From positions 1 to 24,000 of the forward strand of contig JAGVDA010000013.1 of assembly GCA_020058975.1 (NCBI GenBank): a DNA stretch of 24,000 nt. The letters are read 5' to 3'. Shown piece by piece: positions 7,364 through 14,732 of this stretch. The position numbers and the translations under genes are program-made. The notes below the pieces were generated by a model. That model ran no database searches, was not told the origin of the DNA, and was given only the letters and a program-made list of their open reading frames with translations. Source of the stretch: Thermosynechococcus sp. WC_1. Its GTDB lineage: Bacteria > Cyanobacteriota > Cyanobacteriia > Thermosynechococcales > Thermosynechococcaceae. The first letter of the stretch is position 1. Every line of letters begins with the position of its first letter.

Positions 7364-7737
7364 GCAGAAATCCCAAAATATTTTTCAACTACGGCGATCG
7401 CCTCATCCGCCCCCTTGCAAACCACGGCAAGAAAGCCTTGCCCATTTAGGTCTGCAATCCATTTTCTTTGGACAGGAGTAGGTTGGCCCTTTGCGGACTT
7501 CATCTCAATCCACAGCCCATGATAGCCGCCAATGGCAACAGGGATACAGACATCGGGAATTCCAGACTTGACCCCCTCGTTTTTTAATTTTCGGGCCACT
7601 CCAATATGGCGATGGCCACCGTTTGGGATAGCAAAAGCGAGAGAAAGGCGATCGTCCTGGAGGGAAGCAAGCTCTAGCCAGTCGAAAAAAGCAACTTGTT
7701 CGTCGTGCTCAGATTGGTTCAAGCTCTTTCCCTCCAA
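7360..7737 (-). CDS. VRR-NUC domain nuclease (PD-(D/E)xK fold)
   Basis: SEHDEQVAFFDWL...AIPNGG...GIPDVCIPV...LWIEMKSAKGQPTPVQRKWIADL...VVCKG matches the VRR-NUC pattern (E, PD, ExK). Confidence 0.8.
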   Translation of the reverse strand: MEGKSLNQSEHDEQVAFFDWLELASLQDDRLSLAFAIPNGGHRHIGVARKLKNEGVKSGIPDVCIPVAIGGYHGLWIEMKSAKGQPTPVQRKWIADLNGQGFLAVVCKGADEAIAVVEKYFGISA

Positions 7738-9578
7738 GCACCAATAGAAGTAGGAGGATTAATGTTTTCAAATTTCGTATTTTCAGCATCAAATAGAAGC
7801 TTTACCATTCCAGTTGGACCATTACGATGCTTAACAATTGACACTTCAGTGACACCTCTATTTGGCGTATCTTTAATATAGTAGTCTTCCCGATAGAGCA
7901 TCATAATCATGTCAGCATCCTGCTCAATAGCACCAGACTCTCGAAGATCTGACATGATTGGTCGCTTGTCTCTACGAGACTCTACACCCCTAGAAAGCTG
8001 AGAAAGGGCAATTATTGGAACATTAAACTCTCTTGCCAAAGCCTTAAGGCCACGACTAATTTTGGATATTTCAGTATTACGATTTTCCGAACTTCCATTG
8101 CACTTCATAAGCTGAAGGTAATCAATCCCAATCATAGAAATGCTACCTTTCCTCTCAATAACCTCACTCGTCTTTGCGTGGATATCTTCAATCGTCAAAA
8201 CTGGATTATCATCAATCCCAATTTCAACCTCACTAAGAGCCGCTGTCGCAAGATTAACCGCATCCCACTCATGGCTTGAAATCCTTCCAGTTCTAAGGCG
8301 CTGGCTAGAAATTCGCGATTCCATTGAAAGAAGTCTATAGTTTAATTGAGGAGCAGACATTTCCAGACTAAATACTAGGCAAGGCTTTTTGTAAGTTTCT
8401 GCTATATTCCTAGTGATACATAAAGCCAGAGCGGTTTTACCCATTGATGGACGCGCGGCCAAAACAATTAGGTCGGAAGGTTGAAACCCTTGGGTCATTG
8501 CATCAAGTTCATAAAAACCTGATTGATAGCCTGGAAGAGTTTTAGACTCGGACCTAGATGTAATTTGATCGTAAATTGAAAGACTTAGGTCCGACAAAAA
8601 TACCATTGAGGATGGAGGTGGTGGCGTCAAAGCATCTATCAATTTATCAAGAGTTTTGCCTCGAACACCATACTCAGTACCAACTTCCTGCTCAAGCAAA
8701 GTTCGCTGAAAGAGGTCTAACTCAGCTTCAACCTGCTCAACTTTTTTCCTTAGATCTGTTGCTGATTTTTTGGGTTTTCCCTCGTTGGTTTCTATTGCCC
8801 CTAAGATATCTTCAACCGTTGCCCCGTCTTGGATCCAATCTTCTATATCTAATCCGCCTTGGTCTGGAACGCAGGACCAAATTGGGGACTTAGGGTACAC
8901 CTTCAAAAGCTTTGCGGATGGGAAAAGCTTTTGGACATCATCCATATGCTCTAAGCCAGGTTTGTCTCTGTCTGGGCATAGAATTAGATCGGCCCCGCTC
9001 AAGTCCGCCTTGTAACCCTTCCCAAAGCTATGAAGCTTCTTTGATCCGCCAAGAAAAGTTGTTGAGGCTATGCCAATTGTCCAAAGTGCGTCTGCGGAGG
9101 TTTCCCCCTCAACAACAATAATTTGTTGTTTATTCGCGATCGCCTCTCTCACCTCTGCATATCGATAGATAGGAATTACAGGCTTTATTTTGTCAGGAAC
9201 ACCTGAGACCCAGCCATCACCTTCCCAGTGGTATTGGTAGAACTGCTTTTGAGATCCTTGTTTGACCTTCTCAACCTTTAAGAGTTTAGTGCCATCACGA
9301 TTTGGGTAAAAGAACTGTGATCGGGTTTCTCCAGCCCGTAATTTTCGCCCCTTAAGCTGACCCTTCTCCCCTCTTAGATCATTAACAAAGACGCCCCATA
9401 GCCCATCCTTGCTCGTTGCATGAAACCTATAACCATTGATCGGATTTTTAGGGTCGGTAGGGTGAGTGTGGCAAAAAACGAGGTTACCTTGTTCCTTCAC
9501 TCGGCAGTCTTGGTCAGAAATGCGATCGCAGACAGGACAAGGATTATTCTTCCCTGAACGAGTAAATCTATCCATCAT
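7719..9578 (-). CDS. bifunctional primase/helicase: zinc-binding N-terminus, Toprim primase domain, DnaB-like helicase C-terminal domain
   Basis: CPVCD...CHTH zinc motif. Toprim VVEGETSADAL and CPDRDKPG. DnaB-type Walker A ARPSMGKTALAL, Walker B IGIDYLQLM, and ALSQLSRGVESR. Start trimmed to MMDRF (ATG 9578 or 9575) directly behind GGAGG. The track's 41-codon extension reads through the IscB element end. Confidence 0.85.
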   Translation of the reverse strand: MMDRFTRSGKNNPCPVCDRISDQDCRVKEQGNLVFCHTHPTDPKNPINGYRFHATSKDGLWGVFVNDLRGEKGQLKGRKLRAGETRSQFFYPNRDGTKLLKVEKVKQGSQKQFYQYHWEGDGWVSGVPDKIKPVIPIYRYAEVREAIANKQQIIVVEGETSADALWTIGIASTTFLGGSKKLHSFGKGYKADLSGADLILCPDRDKPGLEHMDDVQKLFPSAKLLKVYPKSPIWSCVPDQGGLDIEDWIQDGATVEDILGAIETNEGKPKKSATDLRKKVEQVEAELDLFQRTLLEQEVGTEYGVRGKTLDKLIDALTPPPPSSMVFLSDLSLSIYDQITSRSESKTLPGYQSGFYELDAMTQGFQPSDLIVLAARPSMGKTALALCITRNIAETYKKPCLVFSLEMSAPQLNYRLLSMESRISSQRLRTGRISSHEWDAVNLATAALSEVEIGIDDNPVLTIEDIHAKTSEVIERKGSISMIGIDYLQLMKCNGSSENRNTEISKISRGLKALAREFNVPIIALSQLSRGVESRRDKRPIMSDLRESGAIEQDADMIMMLYREDYYIKDTPNRGVTEVSIVKHRNGPTGMVKLLFDAENTKFENINPPTSIGAWRERA

Positions 9579-9655
9579 TTCCTCCGAGGGACTCCCGCCA
9601 GAGTCGTAATCGACTTGGCGGAGAGGGGGATAGGAGCGGCGCATTAGCGCCAATG

Positions 9656-10933
9656 TCAAAGTGCATATCCGTAGCCATCCTTTTTGTGAATGAGAGTGCA
9701 ATATTTATAGGAAATCGAATCAATTAATCCAGTCTTATCTGAGATATTGAAACTACCAACCGACCGAACAGCAACCCGACCGAGATAAGTCCCGATCTTC
9801 TTGCCTTTAGTCACAATCGCCCGAACAATATCTCCGGTTTGAAAACCTTTAACAAATGGATTCTTTGGCACATACCGAGATGGGAATCCATACTTATCAG
9901 TCCGACATTGTTGCCTTGAGCCGTGCCCCGTGGCCTTGATTTTGAGTGGTTGACTTGTTAGTACCTCCAAGCTTTCAACATCACCGACACAGGCAGCATC
10001 AAGCCAATGGGCTTTAGGCAGTCCTAGTCGAGTTCGGTTGAACTTGGTTTGTCCCCCTGACCCAGTAGAAACCGGAAGGCCCGTTTCTTTGAGTCGATTG
10101 AACAATGTCCAACGAGTCGAGTTGACTGCCGCTGCATCTTTGAGAGGTCTTTTTGCTTGTGCCTGAATCTGTTTGAGTAGGTCAGGGTTTTTGCCCAAGA
10201 ATTGAGCAATATCCTGAGTGCCTTTCTTTAGATTGCAAGGTTCACAAGCTAGGCATAGATTAGAAATCCGATTAGACCCACCCTTAGACTTCGGGTGAAT
10301 GTGTTCGATCTGAAGTGGGACATTTTCAACCTTGCAATAGGTGCATTGTCGATTCCACTTATTGAGCAAATATTCACGCACTTCGTAGCCCGCTAACTCA
10401 CCTTGTTGGTACTCAGTGCCTGATATCTCAGGGTTTTCAATCTGTTGCAAATCAAACCGAACAAGCTCTTGAGCAATGGAACCAATCGGACACAGTTTAA
10501 TGAACCGATTTACCCAGGTCATCGTGGTTTCAACCCGATGGGCTAGGCTTGGAGCCAGCCAACCTTCAGGTCTTGCTCGGTTGAGGAACCGCGCCGGACG
10601 ATGCCGAGTATGTCGATTCCGTCTACCGCGCCGCAGGGCACGACGGGATTCCAGGGACCGTTTGATGGCTGCGCCACGGTGAGTTAGTTCAGCACCAAAA
10701 ATAACTTGATTGCCTTGTAAGATGGCAAAGCCAGTCGTTTTTGAGCCTGGGTCTATTTTGAGAGTGCAAGGCTCAACCGGACCGTTGACCTCCTTTTTGA
10801 GGATGATTGTTCTGGGATATTCACGAAAAACAGCAGCTTTCCCAGTATCACAAAGCCGATCGGCTACGGATGATTTGCAGGGAGCCAATCGCCTTCGGTT
10901 TGTATCTAGAACGAGAATATAGTTAGTAGACAT
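9656..10933 (-). CDS. iscB: IscB RNA-guided nuclease (RuvC-HNH, Cas9 ancestor family), apparently intact
   Basis: N-terminal LVLDTNRRRLAPC (PLMP-like). RuvC-I KIDPGSKTTGFAI. Arg-rich bridge RRALRRGRRNRHTRHRPARF. RuvC-II IAQELVRFD. HNH CTYC...QIEHIHPKSKGGSNRISNLCLACEPCN. RuvC-III HWLDAAC. Start set at ATG 10933 (MSTNY); the track begins at an upstream TTG. Confidence 0.85.
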   Translation of the reverse strand: MSTNYILVLDTNRRRLAPCKSSVADRLCDTGKAAVFREYPRTIILKKEVNGPVEPCTLKIDPGSKTTGFAILQGNQVIFGAELTHRGAAIKRSLESRRALRRGRRNRHTRHRPARFLNRARPEGWLAPSLAHRVETTMTWVNRFIKLCPIGSIAQELVRFDLQQIENPEISGTEYQQGELAGYEVREYLLNKWNRQCTYCKVENVPLQIEHIHPKSKGGSNRISNLCLACEPCNLKKGTQDIAQFLGKNPDLLKQIQAQAKRPLKDAAAVNSTRWTLFNRLKETGLPVSTGSGGQTKFNRTRLGLPKAHWLDAACVGDVESLEVLTSQPLKIKATGHGSRQQCRTDKYGFPSRYVPKNPFVKGFQTGDIVRAIVTKGKKIGTYLGRVAVRSVGSFNISDKTGLIDSISYKYCTLIHKKDGYGYAL

Positions 10934-11201
10934 TGTGGTGTCTAAACTCCTTACGGTTAACGTTTGCTTCAAGATTGTTATCGGTCGGTACTATCCAAAA
11001 CACACTGTCTTAACCCAATTAAAACTGTTTAATGATTTGGTTACAGAGCCTAGGACTAGCGAGATACAAGGGTATCAATCCTAGGGTGTGAACTTTAACG
11101 CTTACCGATAACGGCTGCTAGACCTCTCTAGCTCTCTGGTCAACTTCGGGCTTTTTAAGCCCCCGCTATATCGGTATTCCGATTAGCGGTGGGTTATTGA
11201 C
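10934..11201 (-). ncRNA. candidate omegaRNA scaffold of the IscB element
   Basis: 268 nt with no ORF, immediately 5' of iscB and reaching the element's left end. Hairpins read by eye at 11163-11189, 11148-11162 and 11049-11085. Location matches published IscB loci. No covariance model or expression data available. Confidence 0.5.
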
Positions 11202-11347
11202 TGTTGTTGAGGTATAAAGCAGATAAGTGGGTAACAGTGGAATAATTGACTTTTGCCAAGGTAGAAATCATATAGAGAGCTTGATAACGACCTACTGGGT
11301 CGCAAATCCCATTAACCTGCTCTATTGCGTCTAACAATGCCGTCAAG

Positions 11348-12331
11348 TCAGGCTGCTGCATAATCTGGCTGCAAACCTCGTAAGAAAATCAGGTACTCAG
11401 CTTGCTCTTGAAATGTTAGGTCTGAGATAACACGAGCCCCAGAGGGGACATTGAACCCAGCCACAATAACGCCATTCAACTTAAGCCTGTTTATCTGCTC
11501 AACCAAACCCTTGTTAATAGCCTCTGGGCTTTCTGCTTCAGCCTTGAACCGTTGCCATTGGGCCAAAGAAATGTCTAATCTTTCTGGGCTAAATTCTGCT
11601 CTTGCTAACCAATCTTCAGCCTGCCACCTTTCGGGAGGGGTCTCTTTGAAGCTTGGAGTACTAGGCAGATACTTTTCCACAAGAAAAGCAATAAACCCTT
11701 TATCAAAATCTCTCCGCCTTGATGTGATTTGCCACGGGTGGAGCTTTCCTTGGTTCTTGAACATGGCTTCGATTTTTTCTGGGCCAGACAATCCCCCCTT
11801 AAAAGAAAAATTATCCGTGTTGCTTGAGTAAAGAGTTTGTTCTTTATTTGAATATAGATCTGAAGAAGAGTTGAGAGGAGCCTGAAAGTCAATCCCTGTG
11901 CTTGTTTCGGGCATTGATTTTCGCAAATCTGGGACTGGCGTTTCACTAAGTGCATTCTCAGTCCCACTAAGTGGGATTTTAGTTTCGTTTAGTGGGACAG
12001 GATCTTCAGTAAGTGGAACACCATCACCACCAGGTGGGACTGAAAATGATGAGGGAACATTGCGGGTTTTTACATCTACGGCCCCGATTATTTTTTCATC
12101 AAGCAAATCTTGCTCAATTAGTTTTGCCTTCGCCCTGTAGAATGCCGAACGGCTCAATCCCCATTCTTGACAAAAATCATCAACTTTTTCAATCCGGTGG
12201 ACCCAGCCATGCTGTTTAAGGGAGGAAAGCAGCAAAAACAGGTATCCCGATGGTCTTAGATGGCCTGACTCAAAAAGAAATCTAACCTGGTCAGGAGCAA
12301 GACGAACGTGAGAAGTTTCACCCTTTTTCAT
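11348..12331 (-). CDS. putative replication initiator / wHTH DNA-binding protein (327 aa) with internal heptad-repeat linker
   Basis: N-terminal HTH (FCQEWGLSRSAFYRAKAKLIEQDLL). Central VPxxxxx heptads are encoded by 21-bp DNA repeats. Sits next to the primase-helicase. Initiator function is inferred, not recognised by homology. Confidence 0.55.
   Translation of the reverse strand: MKKGETSHVRLAPDQVRFLFESGHLRPSGYLFLLLSSLKQHGWVHRIEKVDDFCQEWGLSRSAFYRAKAKLIEQDLLDEKIIGAVDVKTRNVPSSFSVPPGGDGVPLTEDPVPLNETKIPLSGTENALSETPVPDLRKSMPETSTGIDFQAPLNSSSDLYSNKEQTLYSSNTDNFSFKGGLSGPEKIEAMFKNQGKLHPWQITSRRRDFDKGFIAFLVEKYLPSTPSFKETPPERWQAEDWLARAEFSPERLDISLAQWQRFKAEAESPEAINKGLVEQINRLKLNGVIVAGFNVPSGARVISDLTFQEQAEYLIFLRGLQPDYAAA
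11928..12040. repeat. six 21-bp-phased direct repeats (core AGTGGGAC, plus strand), iteron candidates inside the initiator-like CDS
   Basis: Cores start at 11928 TCTGGGAC, 11949 AGTGCATT, 11970 AGTGGGAT, 11991 AGTGGGAC, 12012 AGTGGAAC and 12033 GGTGGGAC, with exactly 21-nt spacing. Confidence 0.6.
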
Positions 12332-12419
12332 TTTTTTTAAGCCTTACGTAAAAAGTTAATAACCGAAAACGAAACCGCGATCGCAGAACCTAACACCAAA
12401 ATTTTGTTCACCGATTTTC

Positions 12420-12653
12420 CTCCGAGAGACCCCTGGCTTTAGACATGGGGGGGGATAGGAGCGGCGCATTAGCGCCAATGTCAAAGTGCATATCCGTAGC
12501 CATCCTTTTTGTTGACAAGAGTGCAGTATTTATAGCTAATGCCCTGAATTAATCCAGTTTTGTCGGAGATATTAAAACTACCTGTCAAGCGGACAGCAAC
12601 CCGTCCAATATAGGTGCCAATTTTCTTGCCTTTAGTAGCGGTGGGTTATTGAC
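12420..12653 (-). mobile_element. internally deleted (MITE-like) derivative of a diverged IscB element: right-end hairpin module, the last ~60 codons of iscB, and 17 nt of the left end
   Basis: 12450-12512 is 63/63 identical to 9625-9687. 12513-12636 is 95/124 identical to 9688-9811. 12637-12653 is identical to 11185-11201. The remnant frame still reads TKGKKIGTYIGRVAVRLTGSFNISDKTGLIQGISYKYCTLVNKKDGYGYAL*. Confidence 0.7.
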
Positions 12654-12665
12654 CGATCATGCACA

Positions 12666-12956
12666 TTACGCAGTACCTCCTAGTGGAGTTAAGGTGGGCC
12701 ACAATGCCCAGTGAGTAACGCCAACGGCATTGATCTCGCTATAGTCTCCAATTGATAGCCCATTTGCAAAATCAGCTAATACCCAACCATTTTCGGCAAA
12801 AGAGTATCGAAGAGCTTTTGAAAAAACCTGTCCATCTACAACGCAAAGACATTGTGCAGAGTACCTAGTGCCGTAATATGGATCATTATTGACGGGGGGC
12901 AACCCGTTAGCGCAAAGAGCAAAAATGAGGGTCACCGGATTGAATAAACTAGACAT
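12666..12956 (-). CDS. hypothetical protein (96 aa)
   Basis: Track ORF. 1-nt start/stop overlap with the upstream ORF. Confidence 0.5.
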   Translation of the reverse strand: MSSLFNPVTLIFALCANGLPPVNNDPYYGTRYSAQCLCVVDGQVFSKALRYSFAENGWVLADFANGLSIGDYSEINAVGVTHWALWPTLTPLGGTA

Positions 12957-13294
12957 TAGCCCTCCTCCCCAAAATACGAGTCCAACGCTGCTAAAGCTTC
13001 GTCAGTCGCCATGTCCATGCCAAGGCGCTGGCATTGCTGGACGAATGAAAACCGATCGCATGTCTCAATGTCTTTCCATGCCCATCCAGTACGAGAATCT
13101 AAGTCTAAATCTAAATCTAGATATTGAATTCGGCCTTGGTCTAGCTTTGGCTTGCTAGAGATCTTGACTGATGCCAAGAATCTAAGCGCATCGGCAATGT
13201 TTTCGGCTTTCGTCGATCGGGACAGCCAGACGGTACGGAGTTGGAGTTTTGTTGCAGTAAGCATAACTTTCGTCTCAAAAATTGCCTCACCCAA
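12956..13294 (-). CDS. hypothetical protein (112 aa) containing an LDLDLDLD run
   Basis: Track ORF. Hexanucleotide repeat at 13098-13121. Confidence 0.5.
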   Translation of the reverse strand: MGEAIFETKVMLTATKLQLRTVWLSRSTKAENIADALRFLASVKISSKPKLDQGRIQYLDLDLDLDSRTGWAWKDIETCDRFSFVQQCQRLGMDMATDEALAALDSYFGEEG

Positions 13295-13338
13295 TCCCCA
13301 GCGAGGCTTAATAGTACGGGGGGAGCCGTTTGTATGGG

Positions 13339-13731
13339 CTAGTAGTGCAAGCCAATCGTTAACTGCACAGGCGGCTTGTCACATTGCAAGCAGCCCTTTT
13401 TCTGGAGAGTTGCGATCGCAACCTCCACGTCAGCAGGAGAGACACTGTAAGTTTTGTCCTTGCCACCAGCTAAAGCAGTTTCAAACGTAATTTCTTCTGC
13501 AAAGATTTCAGGATCTATCTCTTGAATAGTTCCATCAATGGGCTGATCCAATCGGAGAATAAGCGCAATATAAGCAACCTTATTGAGGACTCCAGCGGCA
13601 AACAGGTCGCGAACGGTATCCTTTGTTATTCGAGCCTCTAAGCCCCCAGTGGCACGGATTCGCGCATTTTTTGTTGTGATGTCAATAACGTCAGCGGCGA
13701 TCGCTGGGACATCTATCGTGGCACTTTGCAT
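13339..13731 (-). CDS. hypothetical protein (130 aa)
   Basis: Track ORF. Confidence 0.5.
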   Translation of the reverse strand: MQSATIDVPAIAADVIDITTKNARIRATGGLEARITKDTVRDLFAAGVLNKVAYIALILRLDQPIDGTIQEIDPEIFAEEITFETALAGGKDKTYSVSPADVEVAIATLQKKGCLQCDKPPVQLTIGLHY

Positions 13732-13747
13732 AGGTTTACTCAGTATG

Positions 13748-13823
13748 GGTTACCAGAAAAAAGAAATAGCGGGGAGTCGTGCTTGACTATCAATATTTAC
13801 AAAGAAAATATGAAGCCCCGCTA
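13748..13823 (-). terminator. weak terminator-like structure: 8-bp stem (TAGCGGGG/CCCCGCTA) with a 41-nt loop, then a T-rich tract on the minus strand
   Basis: Stem arms at 13767-13774 and 13816-13823. Minus strand continues TTTCTTTTTTCT. The large loop makes this doubtful. Confidence 0.25.
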
Positions 13824-13841
13824 CTTGTCAGGAGACAAGAC

Positions 13842-14366
13842 TTAAGCCGAGTTAGCTAACTCAACATTTTTTTTCGCAGCCCCAGCCACCCGCTTCCAAT
13901 CCGTCTGGTCATCGTATGGGGCAAAGACCTGCCGATCGCCCTGATACAAATTACAAAACAACACCTCTCCATTCTCAGTGGATGCTTGAGGATGAATCGT
14001 AATGGGCTCCTTTAACTCGTCGGGGGTTACCTGTGCGATCGCACTCATTAGCCCCTTGCTAAAGTGAGCTGTTGCAGAGCTTTCCAGGACATACATGCGA
14101 TCGGCTTCTATATAGCAGTGCAACTTGTGGCTTTTTTCTTCGCGCCGGATCGTTTCCTTGAATTCCAGCTTGCGAATATAGCCCGTTAATGCCGGATGTT
14201 CAATATTCACAGGTTGACTTTGATCGTTGAGGGAGTACCAAACTCCACCATGTTTCCGGTTGCAAAATACATACCGAGTAGTCTTTGGCGCTTCTCCAAA
14301 CCCTAGCTTCTTGGGGGGAGCTTGGGCGTCAGCAATTCTCCGTAGTTGTTCGATTAGTTGACTCAT
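13842..14366 (-). CDS. hypothetical protein (174 aa)
   Basis: Track ORF. Confidence 0.55.
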   Translation of the reverse strand: MSQLIEQLRRIADAQAPPKKLGFGEAPKTTRYVFCNRKHGGVWYSLNDQSQPVNIEHPALTGYIRKLEFKETIRREEKSHKLHCYIEADRMYVLESSATAHFSKGLMSAIAQVTPDELKEPITIHPQASTENGEVLFCNLYQGDRQVFAPYDDQTDWKRVAGAAKKNVELANSA

Positions 14367-14460
14367 GAATTTTTTGAGAATGATTTTGTTTTAGAGATGC
14401 GATCGCCCCAAGAATGCAAGCCCAAAGGCGATCGCGGCTTATCGAATTCCTGCGTTTTAA

Positions 14461-14661
14461 TCAGGCCGCAGCCCCTGAAACCTTTGCCATGAAGATGTCA
14501 GACTCACTGTAATACTCGATCTCTAAAACAAAAAAGAGATGTTCAGAGACCTTTATTGCATCCCCCGCCCTTACTCCAGACTTACTCCCTGTAATCAGGT
14601 AGCAATTCCCATCGTTGTCAATAGCAATTTCGTCTAGGGCAAAAGAGTGAGATTTTGGCAT
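14461..14661 (-). CDS. hypothetical protein (66 aa)
   Basis: Track ORF. TAATG coupling with the upstream micro-ORF. Confidence 0.45.
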   Translation of the reverse strand: MPKSHSFALDEIAIDNDGNCYLITGSKSGVRAGDAIKVSEHLFFVLEIEYYSESDIFMAKVSGAAA

Positions 14662-14732
14662 TACAGAGCGCCAACTTTACAAATCGAGTAAAAAAAGGTG
14701 CTACCAATCAGCCAGACAAAGGCAACTAGCAT
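14661..14732 (-). CDS. possible 23-aa hydrophobic micro-protein (MLVAFVWLIGSTFFYSICKVGAL)
   Basis: Hand translated; below the track cutoff. Start overlaps the upstream micro-ORF stop (ATGCTAG), and its stop overlaps the next start (TAATG). Confidence 0.25.
   Translation of the reverse strand: MLVAFVWLIGSTFFYSICKVGAL

Larger units (their letters stand above)
9582..11201 (-). mobile_element. IscB-encoding IS200/IS605-type (OMEGA) element without tnpA, ~1.6 kb; ends inferred from comparison with the deleted copy at 12420-12653
   Basis: Homology with the second copy begins at ctccgag (9582 / 12420) and ends at ...ggtgggttattgac (11201 / 12653). Flanks outside these points are unrelated. Boundaries are good to about +/-5 nt. 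Confidence 0.65.

Noticed and set aside
9107-9117. 11-nt identity (CCTCAACAACA, plus strand inside the primase-helicase gene) to the 3' part of the predicted omegaRNA guide, considered as a self-target
   Set aside because: Only 11 of 16 guide positions match. The sequence is low-complexity (CAACAACA, encoding VVE in the Toprim motif on the other strand). A single such match is within chance expectation after scanning both strands. Worth re-checking only if the guide is confirmed experimentally.
9579-9701. 41-codon N-terminal extension of the primase-helicase ORF (track start 9701)
   Set aside because: The extension reads through the IscB stop region and the element-end hairpins in another frame. 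An ATG pair at 9575-9578 sits directly behind GGAGG, and the zinc-binding motif follows shortly after.
10934-10972. TTG start at 10972 for IscB (13 extra residues)
   Set aside because: IscB proteins begin just before the PLMP-type motif, and ATG 10933 (MSTNYILVLD) fits this. The extension would eat into the structured non-coding region.
11189-11250. Left-end-like repeats flanking a 35-nt segment, considered as a minimal CRISPR-like repeat-spacer-repeat
   Set aside because: There are only two degenerate repeat units of 13-14 nt, no further periodicity, and no array. An insertion scar or target motif explains this better.
11451-12219. Track ORFs 11451..11831(+), 11605..11967(-), 11898..12140(+) and 12013..12219(+) inside the initiator-like gene
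   Set aside because: They are alternative-frame or antisense ORFs within a longer, motif-bearing CDS. The repeat region inflates ORF lengths in several frames.
9582-12653. The full and deleted IscB copies acting as a composite transposon carrying the initiator-like gene
   Set aside because: The copies are direct repeats with only one full left end each. IS200/IS605-type elements move as single strands from a left-end/right-end pair rather than as composite units. No shared target duplication or flank similarity was seen. Homologous recombination between the copies remains possible but is not evidenced.
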